Positions 20,400 to 30,692 of a stretch of DNA of 64,000 nt are shown here, one piece after another. Location of the stretch: assembly GCA_964291285.2 (NCBI GenBank), contig OZ219788.1, forward strand, positions 1-64,000. Direction: 5' to 3'. The translations under genes were made by a program, and so were the position numbers. Source of the DNA: Alphaproteobacteria bacterium (GTDB taxonomy: Bacteria > Pseudomonadota > Alphaproteobacteria > Bin95). Under the pieces are notes generated by a model that saw nothing but the letters and a program-made list of their open reading frames with translations, did not search any database and was not told the DNA's origin. The stretch's first letter is position 1, and each line of letters opens with the position of its first letter.

Positions 20400-20580
20400 C
20401 CAGCGCGGGCGCGGCGCTCACGGCGCGAGGCGGATATCTCCGCGACCGTCTCCTCCATGATCTCGTCCTCGGTGCGCCCGCGATCCCTGGACGAAGGCCG
20501 AGCCGCCGCAAGCGTTGCGGCGATCCGGTCGACCGCTGCCTTGCGGTCCACCACCTCCTTGGGCCTCAGCAGGAGTATCC
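20396..20580 (-). pseudogene. C-terminal part of the cognate AbrB/MazE-like antitoxin
   Basis: ILLLRPKEVVDRKAAVDRIAATL...EDEIMEETVAEISASRRERRARAG*, ATGA overlap with the PIN gene; 5' end missing. Confidence 0.6.
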
Positions 20581-20636
20581 GTTCGGGTTCCGGGGGATGA
20601 GGATTGGGTTATCCGCTTGTCGGCATTTTCACACCG

Positions 20637-22575
20637 GAGGCGTGTGCGCTGTTTGGAAGTGCTTTCTGAGCAAGGCATTGCGGAGGGTCTGGATTTTTCT
20701 TACCCCGTCAGGATGGCTGATTTCCGGGGTTTTTGCGGTTTGAAGGGAAAGGTTTTGTGGATTTCCACCCCATGGCCGTGCGCGGGCTGGTTTTCGGGCG
20801 CGTCGCGTTGAGGCGCGGGACTGAGTAGAAGGTGTCGCCATCGGGCCTGCGGCCCTTGTTCCATCCACCGGCGCTGGTTGGGAGAACGTGATGGCGACAG
20901 CGGAGAAGTTAGCCTTTTCGTGGTGGTCTGTGGAGGGCCTTGCGGACCTTGAGCGTCTGCGTGTGGTGCTCGACACGCTTCCCGACGAGAAGGTTGTGGC
21001 TGCGCTTGAGGCGGGTCGAGGCCGGGGTCGCAACGACTACCCGGTGCGGGCGATGTGGCGGGCTCTGATCGCGGGGATCGTGTTCCAGCATGCCTCGATG
21101 CAGTCGCTGCTGCGTGAGCTGGGCCGCAACCCGGCATTGCTTGAGATTTGCGGGTTCGAGGCGCTGCCCTTGCAGGGTGCGCCGGTGGTGGCGCTTTGCG
21201 CAGGGCGCGCGGTGAGGCGTCCGGCGCCGTTGCGCTCGACGGTGCCGGGCGCCTGGAACTTCTCGCGGTTCCTGGGGCGCGTGGTGCGCCTTGAGGACGA
21301 GCGCGGCCTTGTGTCGGGGATGATCGGGCGTCTGCGCGCCTCGCTGTTCGAGGAGTTGCCGGACTTCGGTCGCCATCTCGGCTACGACGGCAAGGCGGTG
21401 GCGAGCCACTCGACGGGCCGGGTTGCCGGGGCCAGGGGGCAGACCTCGGACCCCGATGCGGACTGGGGCAGGCACGAGACGGGCGGGGTGAACGCGAAGA
21501 CCGGCGCGGTGTGGAAGAAGGTGAAGTCGTGGTTCGGCTACGGGCTGCACCTGATCGCCGACACGGACCACGAGGTTCCTGTGGCCTTCGAGGTGACGCG
21601 GGCGTCGGCATCGGAACCCGGGGTGCTGTCCGGGATGCTGGAGGAGTTGTTCGCCGAGGCGCCGGAGATGGCCGGGCGCTGCGCCGATTTCAGCGCCGAC
21701 CGCGGTCTCGACAACGCCCGCCTGAAGGCGCGGCTGTGGGACAGGTGGCATATCCGCCCGCTGATCGACACGCGCCTGATGTGGCGGGCGGAGAAGAAGG
21801 AGCCGGGCCATGACCCGGCCCGGCCGATCACGCGACCGCTGTTCCCCGGGCGCGCCGACGTCATCGTTCATGACGAACGCGGCCGGGTGTCCTGCGTGTG
21901 CCCGCAGACCGGCGAGGTCCGCGCCATGGCCTTCCAGGGGTTCGAGGCCGGGCGCGGCGTCTGCGGCACGCTCAAATACCGCTGCCCCGCAGCCGCCTTC
22001 GGCTTCGAGTGCAAGGGACGCCGGGCCTGCCATCGGGCGGGTGGGGTGAAGTCCGGCGAATACGGCCGCATCCTGCGCGTCGACCTCGACAGCCATGACC
22101 GGCGTATCTTCACGCCCACGCCCTGGGGCAGCCCGTCATGGCGGCGCGGATACAACCGGCGCACCGCCATGGAGCGGATCAACGCCCGCCTCGACCGCAG
22201 CTTCAACTTCGAGACCCATTACATCCGCGGACGCGCGAAGATGAAGACCCGCATCGGGCTGGCCCTGGCGGTCATGATGGCCATGGCGCTTGCACAGGCC
22301 CGCGCCGGACGCGTCGCACGCATGCGCTCCTTGGTCGGCCCGGCGCCATACCTCGATACCGGCTGACCCCTCAGCCGACTGCCGACAACGCTGACCCAAC
22401 CCGCCGGACCCCGGCATACGGACAAACGCGACCGAAGGCCGGCGATGCTGCCGGGCTGGGCCGCTCAAGTTCGAAAAGCAACCGCGGCGACCGCCTCGAA
22501 CGCCGGAACAAACAACATCAACACCCGGACCCAACGTCCCATCCGACCGGAAAAACCCCACAGCGCAAATTTCTC
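20637..22575 (+). mobile_element. IS (IS5/IS1182-like DDE), copy A, 1939 bp
   Basis: Imperfect TIR GAGGCGTGTGCGCTGT / GAGAAATTTGCGCTGT; 6-bp TSD ACACCG at 20631-20636 and 22576-22581; ends confirmed by comparison with copy B. Confidence 0.88.
20888..22366 (+). CDS. DDE transposase (DUF772-like N-terminus)
   Basis: GRNDYPVRAM, YDGKA, WFGYGLHLIAD, SADRGLD and YNRRTAMERINARL motifs. Confidence 0.88.
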   Translation: MMATAEKLAFSWWSVEGLADLERLRVVLDTLPDEKVVAALEAGRGRGRNDYPVRAMWRALIAGIVFQHASMQSLLRELGRNPALLEICGFEALPLQGAPVVALCAGRAVRRPAPLRSTVPGAWNFSRFLGRVVRLEDERGLVSGMIGRLRASLFEELPDFGRHLGYDGKAVASHSTGRVAGARGQTSDPDADWGRHETGGVNAKTGAVWKKVKSWFGYGLHLIADTDHEVPVAFEVTRASASEPGVLSGMLEELFAEAPEMAGRCADFSADRGLDNARLKARLWDRWHIRPLIDTRLMWRAEKKEPGHDPARPITRPLFPGRADVIVHDERGRVSCVCPQTGEVRAMAFQGFEAGRGVCGTLKYRCPAAAFGFECKGRRACHRAGGVKSGEYGRILRVDLDSHDRRIFTPTPWGSPSWRRGYNRRTAMERINARLDRSFNFETHYIRGRAKMKTRIGLALAVMMAMALAQARAGRVARMRSLVGPAPYLDTG

Positions 22576-23173
22576 ACACCGGGGCGACGGTTGTGCTTCT
22601 ACCGATTGAGGGTGCGTTGCCAGTCTTTTCGCAGTGTGCGGAGCCAGATGTCCTTTTTCGGCTGGTCTCGTTTGTTGTGCCTGTCGTAGCGTCCCCGGCC
22701 CTGGGTGGTCCCGACGCGGGTCCAGCCCGATGCGCGGTATACGGCACCGGTGTAAATCTCGAATGAGATTTTTCATGTTAGGGCACTATCTGACAGAGGG
22801 TCGCATTCCTCCCATGAAGGGGGCTTGAATACTGGATATTTCCGGGCATGGCAAGAGGCATTGGCACGAAATCAGACTGATTTACAGGAAGGTCCTGAAC
22901 GCGATAGTGGCACTGGGGGAAGTAAAACAGTGACAACGCACTGTTTCCGGGGGGCATTGAGGGTAGCCTGATGCATGAATGTGGTTCTGGTACGAAAAAA
23001 GTCACGACCATCGTGGTGATGCACCAAATTGACCTGTGAGAGGATAAATATGATAATTGATATAGGAGAAACCCAAGCATGCTTGCTGGTAAAGCACGGA
23101 ATTCTGATGGCTGCGGCAGGTCCGGCGGCGGCGTCATGAGCCGGGCTCCGGGGGGCGCCGCACGCAGCATGCG

Positions 23174-25150
23174 GTGATGGCGACGGCGAACGAGTGGACG
23201 CGCATCAGGGAGCTTGCCGACGAGGCGGGCATGGAGATATCGCGCTGCATCGTTCACCGGGCCATCATGGCGGAGGCCGCGCCGGCCGTCGTGATGCGGC
23301 GCGGGCGACTCCCCGATGAGGACGCTCGCAAGGAGCGCCTATGCAGGCAAGGGTTCGACGGCGTGACCTCGGCACAGTTTGACGGAGGGGCGTGGATCGA
23401 GCGCGTTGTGGAGCTGCTTCCGCCGCTGGCGCAGGCGCAGGAACCCTTCTGCGCGAATTTCAGAAACGGTATGCGCGCGTGATTGACTTGCGGGACGGCA
23501 AACCGCCGCCTTTCCCGCTGGACGATTTGCGCCTGCTCTACGACGAGGTTCGCGACAGCAGGCCCTGGGGTCTGGAAGCGCACTATGCGCCCTTGCGCGC
23601 GGTGCTGGATCCGGTGCATCCGGTGCATCCGGTGCGTATATCCGGTGCGTATATCCGGTGCGTATATCCGGTGCGTATATCCGGTGCGTATATCCGGTGC
23701 GTATCCGGTGCGTATCCGGTGCGTATCCGGTGCGTCACGCACTGCTGGGCCATCCGACGCTCGAACGGGTCGCGGTAGTGGACCGCTTGATCGGCGACAA
23801 TCGATTCTCGATGGAGATTCCCGGTTCCGGCGAGGATATCCACGCGGGGACATTGATTGCCGGGCTGATGGCGAGGGCTGCGGAGCTGCCGGATGTCGGG
23901 TTCCGGACGGCTCTGCGCGAGCTGGGCGCATTTCTCTCGCCCCTCGGAGACGGGGTGGCGGCCGATGCGCTCGGCAGTCTCGACGAGGCTTGCGACATGT
24001 TCCTGTTCTATGGTCTCGCGTTGTCCGAGAGGATTGTGATGACGGACGGCATGGTGTTGCTGCCGTACAAAACCTTCATTGCCGGGCGGGTCGGCCACCC
24101 CGTATCATGAAAACAGGTGCCGGCCGCGCGGGCGGGACTTCGGGCTTTTACGGGGTTGCCTACCGGTCACGGTCCGCAAGACGGGCGCCGCAGATGGCGA
24201 ATATCGGACGCCTCGGGAGCAGTGCTTTGGCGGGGAGGGGTTTTTGTGCGCCCGATCCCCAACAATTTTCACGGCAAGAAGTGCTGCGGTTCGCGGACGA
24301 GGACCTGGTTAGGGAGTTTGCGCCGTCAGGCGCGGGATTCCACCGCTGGCGGGCGGTGGGAGCGGTGGCCCGGCCGTTCCGATGGCGGCCCGAATTCCGC
24401 CGAAGGGCCAGATTGAACGGGCCAGTGGGACCGCCGTCACCGCCGTTTTTCCCGGAGGCGGCGGTATTTCTGGACTTGCTGGCGGTGAGTCACGCGACGC
24501 GCGTTACGCCGCTCGCAGCATTGTCGAACCGCATCGACGGTTCGGCCGGGCGACTGCTGGGCCGGGAGAAGCAGAGTCCTGGCATTTACCGGAGCTGCCC
24601 GGCAGAGGGCTTCAGCGGATTCGACGAATGCCCGGCGATGGACCAGGAGGCGCTGGCGGAAGCGCTGGAGGCTTTTCGCAACCGGGAGAACCCTTGCTAC
24701 GAGAGGATGGCGCCGATCGTTACGCGGTTGTCGGAGGCGCTCGCGAGGAACGGGCGGTTCGCGGTCGCTGACAGGGTTCAGGATGTCGCGATGGCGCTTG
24801 AGCGAATGTATGTGCTGGATGAGCCCAACATCGGACGCAAGTTACGCAACCGCACGGCGCGGTTTCTGGGAACCGATGCGGCTAGCGAGAAGGGAATCCG
24901 CGAGAACGTAAGGGAACTCTACGCCGTGCGATCGGACATCGTTCACAACCGGTTGCACAGGCTGACGCCGGAGAGAGTCCAATCGGCGTTCGTCCGGGGC
25001 TTCGACATCGCACGGCAGTCGCTGTTCAAGCTGCTGCGCACGGGGCCGCCGGAGGACTGGGCTGCGTCAAGGGGCAACGGGAGCCAGGGGACCAGCACGA
25101 AGCGTACAATCCAGGAGCGACAAAGCGGGACCCGGGCACCTGAAGGGTAG
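23174..25150 (+). pseudogene. Degraded HEPN-domain protein, preceded by an RHH-like fragment
   Basis: C-terminal ALERMY...LYAVRSDIVH (R-x4-H). Frame is broken near 23450, by the 23609 repeat, and by an apparent ~200-bp insert near 24070-24277. Confidence 0.6.
23609..23735 (+). repeat. Compound tandem repeat on core ATCCGGTGC (2x9, 5x13, 4x11 bp)
   Basis: Parsed directly: 11 units, 127 bp. Confidence 0.9.
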
Positions 25151-25254
25151 GCTCCCGGTATCCCTTGGTACGAAATGACCATCGGTTCGTGGGCCGAAAG
25201 TGTGGCCGCGGGTGATGGAATGTGGTCAGGATAACCGTTTGGCGATATGGGAGT

Positions 25255-25310
25255 TGCGGCTTCACCAGCTGTATCGGGCGATGGCTTGGCTCAGGGAGGA
25301 GCTGGAGGCG
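25255..25310 (+). mobile_element. Tiny internal IS1634 fragment
   Basis: GCGGCTTCACCAGCTGTATCGGGCGATGGCTTGGCTCAGGGAGGAGCTGGAGGCG closely matches ~1898-1952 (LRLHQLYRAMAWL). Confidence 0.75.
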
Positions 25311-25512
25311 GCGGGCGGCCGTGAGCGGCGTGGAGCTCTCACGCTTCCTCGTTCATTGCACGCTGGCAGTGGTCCTGCGCCGGGCACCGGCTGTACGGGC
25401 CGCGGCGCGCCTTGAAACCGGCCTGCGGACGGGTTATGGGTTGCACCGGCGGGTTCGCTGCGGTCTTTCGGGCGCGGCGCAGGTTTGGAATTCGGGACGG
25501 GAGGATGGGGCC

Positions 25513-27737
25513 ATGACGCGGATGCCGGGCGATATCGGGATGCATGACCTGCGGCTCTTCGGGCGGAGCGCCTCACGCGCGCGCGAACCCGAATCTCGTT
25601 GTACCCCCCCCCCCAAGAGTCAGGGGGCGGGGCTGAGCCGGTGGGCGCCCCCGGGAGAACCGCCCGCCGCCTGAAGGCGGGACTCGCTGCCCTCTTCCTC
25701 ATCACACTGACCACCGTCTTTGCGCCGCAGGCTGCGCAGGCGCAGACCCCAGTTCTTACCGCAACAGCGGGGGACGGGCAGGTGACGCTGAACTGGACGT
25801 ATACCGGCAGCGGGCTAACCGGTTGGGGGTACAAGATCAATGGCGGTACATATACTTGGGCCGGGACACCCATCGTTATTCCAGCTTCCAACTCCGGCAC
25901 CAGAAGCCACACGGTAACGGGCCTGACGAACGGAACCCCTTATCAGTTCATTGTCTACGCGCAGACTGATGCCAATACAGCTTTCCGTCAAAGCAACCAG
26001 GTGAGCGCCACACCGCAGGTGCCGGCCCCGACGCTGGTCTCCGGACCGGACAGCACCATCAGGACCGCCGAGACGACGACGCAGGTGTGCTACAACCTGC
26101 TTTCGGTCTCGCAGGGTGCGACCACGTACCTGGAGGCGCGTCAGGGCAAGACGGCCGTGACCGCGCATTCGGTGCTCTCCGACGCGAGCCTCGGCGTCGA
26201 GATCACGCAGGCTCCCGCCGGCATCACGAAGGGGCGCGGCGTCAACCTCAGTCCCTGCGTCAATCTGGGCAAGGGCACACATACCGTCACCTGGAGCTGG
26301 AGGGGCCAGGACGGCACCGCCACGGCGGGCACGACCTCCACCACCGTCACCATCACCGACCCCGCGCCCGCACAGGCGAAGCCGGCGCTTACGGCAACCG
26401 CGGGTGTCGGCAGTGTCACACTCACCTGGACTCGTACCGGCAACACTGGATTTGGATATTGGGTTTACCGACAGGGGGTCACCGGAGGAGGTTACGGCGA
26501 CTGGATCGATATACCGGGCGGCGCCACCATCAGAGCCCACACGGTCACAGGGTTGACCGCCGGCACCTCCTATACCTTCCAGGTGGCAAGGGCGGAAGGT
26601 GCCGGTCTTAACTTTTCCGTCTTCGCTAGTGGGGGAGGGTACTCGAACGCGGCCACGGCGACGCCAACGGCGGCCACGACGCCCGCCGCGCCGACGGGTC
26701 TGACGGCGACGCCCGGCGGCCCCGCGCAGGTGTTGCTGACGTGGACCAAGCCGGCCGGCACGATCACCGGCTACAAGCTGCGCTACGCCAAGACGCCGTC
26801 AAAGGGCAGCGCCACCTGGGCCGCCATGACGGGTTCGGGCGCGAACACCGTGAGGCACATGGTGACGGGTCTGGACAACGCCGCCGAATACAGTTTCATG
26901 ATCCGTGCGGTGAACGCCTCCGGCGACGGCGACGCCACGGGCTGGGTGACGGCGACGCCTGCGGACAGCTGCCCTGGCGTGGGAGCACCGACGAACCTGA
27001 GCCTTGCGCCGCGTTCGGACGGGTTTGCCGTCACCTGGAATGCACCGACCGATATCTTACGCAACGGCTGGGAATTGTCTTACAAGAAGACCGGGGGCAG
27101 TTCGAGCTCTGTCACCATCTCGGATGCCGCCGCGACCAGCCGCACGCTGACCGGCCTGGAGGCCGGCACCGAATACGAGATCGCTCTTCAAGCGACGCAT
27201 CCTGTCAATCCCGATCCTGCTGCGTCATGCCCTCCAGGCTCCCGCGCAAAAGCCACCGGCACGACCCTCGCGGCCGCGATGCCGACCATCACCCTCACCG
27301 CCGCGACCGGGGACGGGCAGGTGACGTTGTCCTGGACCTATACCAACGACGATGGGGAGGCGTTTGATCACTGGCGGTACGCGCAGAAGAAAGGCAGCGG
27401 AAGCTACAGCTTTGGCGTGGCGATTCCCGGCGGCAAGACCGTCCGAACGCACACCGTGACAGGTCTGGAAAACGGCGCCGCATACACTTTCAAGGTCTCA
27501 CGCGGAGTTACGAGTCCTCCACCTGCGATGATCCAGTCAACAGCAGATCCTGACTCCAACGAAGTCACCGCCACACCCACGGCGGCCCCCACCGTCGCCG
27601 TCCCCGCGGCGCCGACGGGGTTGTCGGCGGAGGCGGGCAACCGTCAGGTGAAGCTGACGTGGACCGATCCGGACGACGATTCGATCACGAGGTATCGGGT
27701 GCAGCAGAGGAAGGGCAGCGCCGCCTGGGGCAGGTAG
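25513..27737 (+). pseudogene. Secreted multi-FN3 protein B (leader out of frame at poly-C; 3' truncated)
   Basis: Same promoter/leader as gene A, C11 tract, signal ...QAAQAQ, about five FN3 modules; ends mid-domain at AAWGR*. Confidence 0.78.
25604..25614 (+). repeat. Poly-C11 tract in the leader coding region
   Basis: Counted directly; C12 or C9 would restore the frame from ATG 25513. Confidence 0.85.
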
Positions 27738-28753
27738 CCCGCCGCCGCGGCGCTCAGCACCGGCTTGGGAACCGCCGCCGACGCCGACGGCGTCGCCTCC
27801 ACCACCTCCGACTGCGCGCTGTTGCCGCCGCTGTTCCGCGCCCGGATGCGGAAGCTGTACTCCACATCGTTGTCCAGACCCGTCACCGTGTGGGTCGTGG
27901 TGTCGGCGTCCGAACCGGGAATCGCGGTCCAGCTGCCCCAGGCGGCCGCCCCCTTCTTCTGGCGCATGTTGTACCGCGTGATCGAATCGTCGTCCGGGTC
28001 GGTCCAGGTCAGCTTCACCTGACGGTTGCCCGCCTCCGCCGACAACCCCGCCGGCTTGGCGGGGGCGGTGGGGGTGCTGCTGCCCGTTGGCGTGGCAGTT
28101 GCCAGGCTTTCGAGACCTTTACCCGCATTGTTCACCGCTCGTACCTCGAAGGTATAACTCGAGCCCCCATCCAATCCACTCACCGTGTGGCTCTCCGTGC
28201 TGGCGCCGGAGCCTGGTATGGCGGTCCATTCGCTCCATGCAGCGCCTGTCTTGAGGTATCTCACTTCATAGCCGGTGATGGTGCCAGGGGGCTTGGTCCA
28301 CGCGAGACTTACCTGCCTGTTGCCCGCCGTCGCCCTCAAGTTCCTTGGCTGCGCCAGGGTGGGGGTGACGCTCGCTGATGTTCCCGTGTCCGTGATCTTG
28401 ACGGCGGTTGTATCCGAAATTGACGGGTAGCCTCCCCCGGACACTGCGTAGGTGATGGTGGCATCCTCATCATCCTCATCCGTGTCACCCGCCGCACTCA
28501 CGGTCATGTTCTGGTCCTTGCCCCAGTTTGTGGTGCTGAATGTCAGGGATGTGGGGCTAAAACTCAGATCGCCATTGGTGCTGCCGGGCGTCACTGTCAC
28601 CGGACCCGTACCACGGCTGATAAGCCTGATAGAGTAGGTTTTGGAACCGCCCTCGTTTACGGTAAGAAAGGCTCCAGAAAGGAGCGTATGCACGAGGCCA
28701 CTCCGCACATTTGCTGACCCCGTTGCCTTGGTACTGAAACGGGATCCATCGGT
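27734..28753 (-). pseudogene. Internal fragment of an FN3/Calx-beta-like gene, convergent with gene B
   Basis: LTVNEGGSKTY...LTFSTTNW...; two FN3 domains; cut by IS copy B at the 5' side and by the 27733/27734 junction at the 3' side. Confidence 0.8.
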
Positions 28754-30692
28754 GAGAAATTTGCGCTGTGGGGTTTTTCCGGTCGGATGGGACGTTGGGT
28801 CCGGGTGTTGATGTTGTTTGTTCCGGCGTTCGAGGCGGTCGCCGCGGTTGCTTTTCGAACTTGAGCGGCCCAGCCCGGCAGCATCGCCGGCCTTCGGTCG
28901 CGTTTGTCCGTATGCCGGGGTCCGGCGGGTTGGGTCAGCGTTGTCGGCAGTCGGCTGAGGGGTCAGCCGGTATCGAGGTATGGCGCCGGGCCGACCAGGG
29001 AGCGCATGCGTGCGACGCGTCCGGCGCGGGCCTGTGCAAGCGCCATGGCCATCATGACCGCCAGGGCCAGCCCGATGCGGGTCTTCATCTTCGCGCGTCC
29101 GCGGATGTAATGGGTCTCGAAGTTGAAGCTGCGGTCGAGGCGGGCGTTGATCCGCTCCATGGCGGTGCGCCGGTTGTATCCGCGCCGCCATGACGGGCTG
29201 CCCCAGGGCGTGGGCGTGAAGATACGCCGGTCATGGCTGTCGAGGTCGACGCGCAGGATGCGGCCGTATTCGCCGGACTTCACCCCACCCGCCCGATGGC
29301 AGGCCCGGCGTCCCTTGCACTCGAAGCCGAAGGCGGCTGCGGGGCAGCGGTATTTGAGCGTGCCGCAGACGCCGCGCCCGGCCTCGAACCCCTGGAAGGC
29401 CATGGCGCGGACCTCGCCGGTCTGCGGGCACACGCAGGACACCCGGCCGCGTTCGTCATGAACGATGACGTCGGCGCGCCCGGGGAACAGCGGTCGCGTG
29501 ATCGGCCGGGCCGGGTCATGGCCCGGCTCCTTCTTCTCCGCCCGCCACATCAGGCGCGTGTCGATCAGCGGGCGGATATGCCACCTGTCCCACAGCCGCG
29601 CCTTCAGGCGGGCGTTGTCGAGACCGCGGTCGGCGCTGAAATCGGCGCAGCGACCGGCCATCTCCGGCGCCCCGGCGAACAACTCCTCCAGCATCCCGGA
29701 CAGCACCCCGGGTTCCGATGCCGACGCCCGCGTCACCTCGAAGGCCACAGGAACCTCGTGGTCCGTGTCGGCGATCAGGTGCAGCCCGTAGCCGAACCAC
29801 GACTTCACCTTCTTCCACACCGCGCCGGTCTTCGCGTTCACCCCGCCCGTCTCGTGCTTGCCCCAATCCGCATCGGGGTCCGAGGTCTTCCCCCTGTCAC
29901 CGGCAATCCGGCCCGTCGAATGGCTCCCGACCGCCTTGCCGTCGTAGCCGAGATGGCGGCCGAAGTCCGGCAGTTCCTCGAACAACGACGCGCGCAGGCG
30001 CCCGATCATCCCCGACACAAGGCCGCGCTCGTCCTCAAGGCGCACCACGCGCCCCAGGAACCGCGAGAAGTTCCAGGCGCCCGGCACCGTCGAGCGCAAC
30101 GGCGCCGGATACCTCACCACCCGCCCCGCGCAAAGCGCCACCACCGGCGCGCCCTGCAAGGGCAGCGCCTCGAAACCGCAAATCTCAAGCAATGCCGGGT
30201 TGCGGCCCAGCTCCCGCAGAAGCGACTGCATCGAGGCGTGCTGGAACACGATCCCCGCGATCAACGCACGCCACATCGCCCGCACCGGATAGTCGTTCCG
30301 CCCGCGACCGCGACCCGCCTCAAGCGCTGCCACAACCTCCTCGTCCGGAAGCACCTCCAGCATCACACGCAACCGCGCAAGATCCGGAAGACCTTCGACA
30401 GACCGCCACGAAAACGGTAACTTCTCCGCTGTCGCCATCACGTTCTCCCAACCAGCACCGGTGGATGGAACAAGGGCCGCAGGCCCGATGGCGACACCTT
30501 CTACTCAGTCCCGCGCCTCAACGCGACGCGCCCGAAAACCAGCCCGCGCACGGCCATGGGGTGGAAATCCACAAAACCTTTCCCTCCAAACCGCAAAAAC
30601 CCCGGAAATCAGCCATCCTGACGGGGTAAGAAAAATCCAGACCCTCCGCAATACCTTGCTCAGAAAGAACTTCCAAACAGCGCACACGCCTC
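28754..30692 (-). mobile_element. IS copy B, 1939 bp, inverted relative to copy A, no TSD
   Basis: Same ends and length as 20637-22575; flanks ATCGGT and GTTCTG do not match. Confidence 0.88.
28963..30441 (-). CDS. DDE transposase, paralog of 20888-22366
   Basis: 492 aa, near-identical C-terminal 60%. Confidence 0.88.
   Translation of the reverse strand: MMATAEKLPFSWRSVEGLPDLARLRVMLEVLPDEEVVAALEAGRGRGRNDYPVRAMWRALIAGIVFQHASMQSLLRELGRNPALLEICGFEALPLQGAPVVALCAGRVVRYPAPLRSTVPGAWNFSRFLGRVVRLEDERGLVSGMIGRLRASLFEELPDFGRHLGYDGKAVGSHSTGRIAGDRGKTSDPDADWGKHETGGVNAKTGAVWKKVKSWFGYGLHLIADTDHEVPVAFEVTRASASEPGVLSGMLEELFAGAPEMAGRCADFSADRGLDNARLKARLWDRWHIRPLIDTRLMWRAEKKEPGHDPARPITRPLFPGRADVIVHDERGRVSCVCPQTGEVRAMAFQGFEAGRGVCGTLKYRCPAAAFGFECKGRRACHRAGGVKSGEYGRILRVDLDSHDRRIFTPTPWGSPSWRRGYNRRTAMERINARLDRSFNFETHYIRGRAKMKTRIGLALAVMMAMALAQARAGRVARMRSLVGPAPYLDTG

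Noticed and set aside
22580-23170. Low-GC patch with a 159-aa ORF (22778-23257)
   Set aside because: No recognisable motif or credible start; left unannotated.
23609-23735. Possible CRISPR or iteron array
   Set aside because: Units are contiguous 9-13-mers without spacers, and no cas or rep gene is nearby.
11466-26675. Diversity-generating retroelement TR/VR pair for the duplicated FN3 module
   Set aside because: No reverse transcriptase in the window, both copies are coding, and the few mismatches are not confined to adenines.
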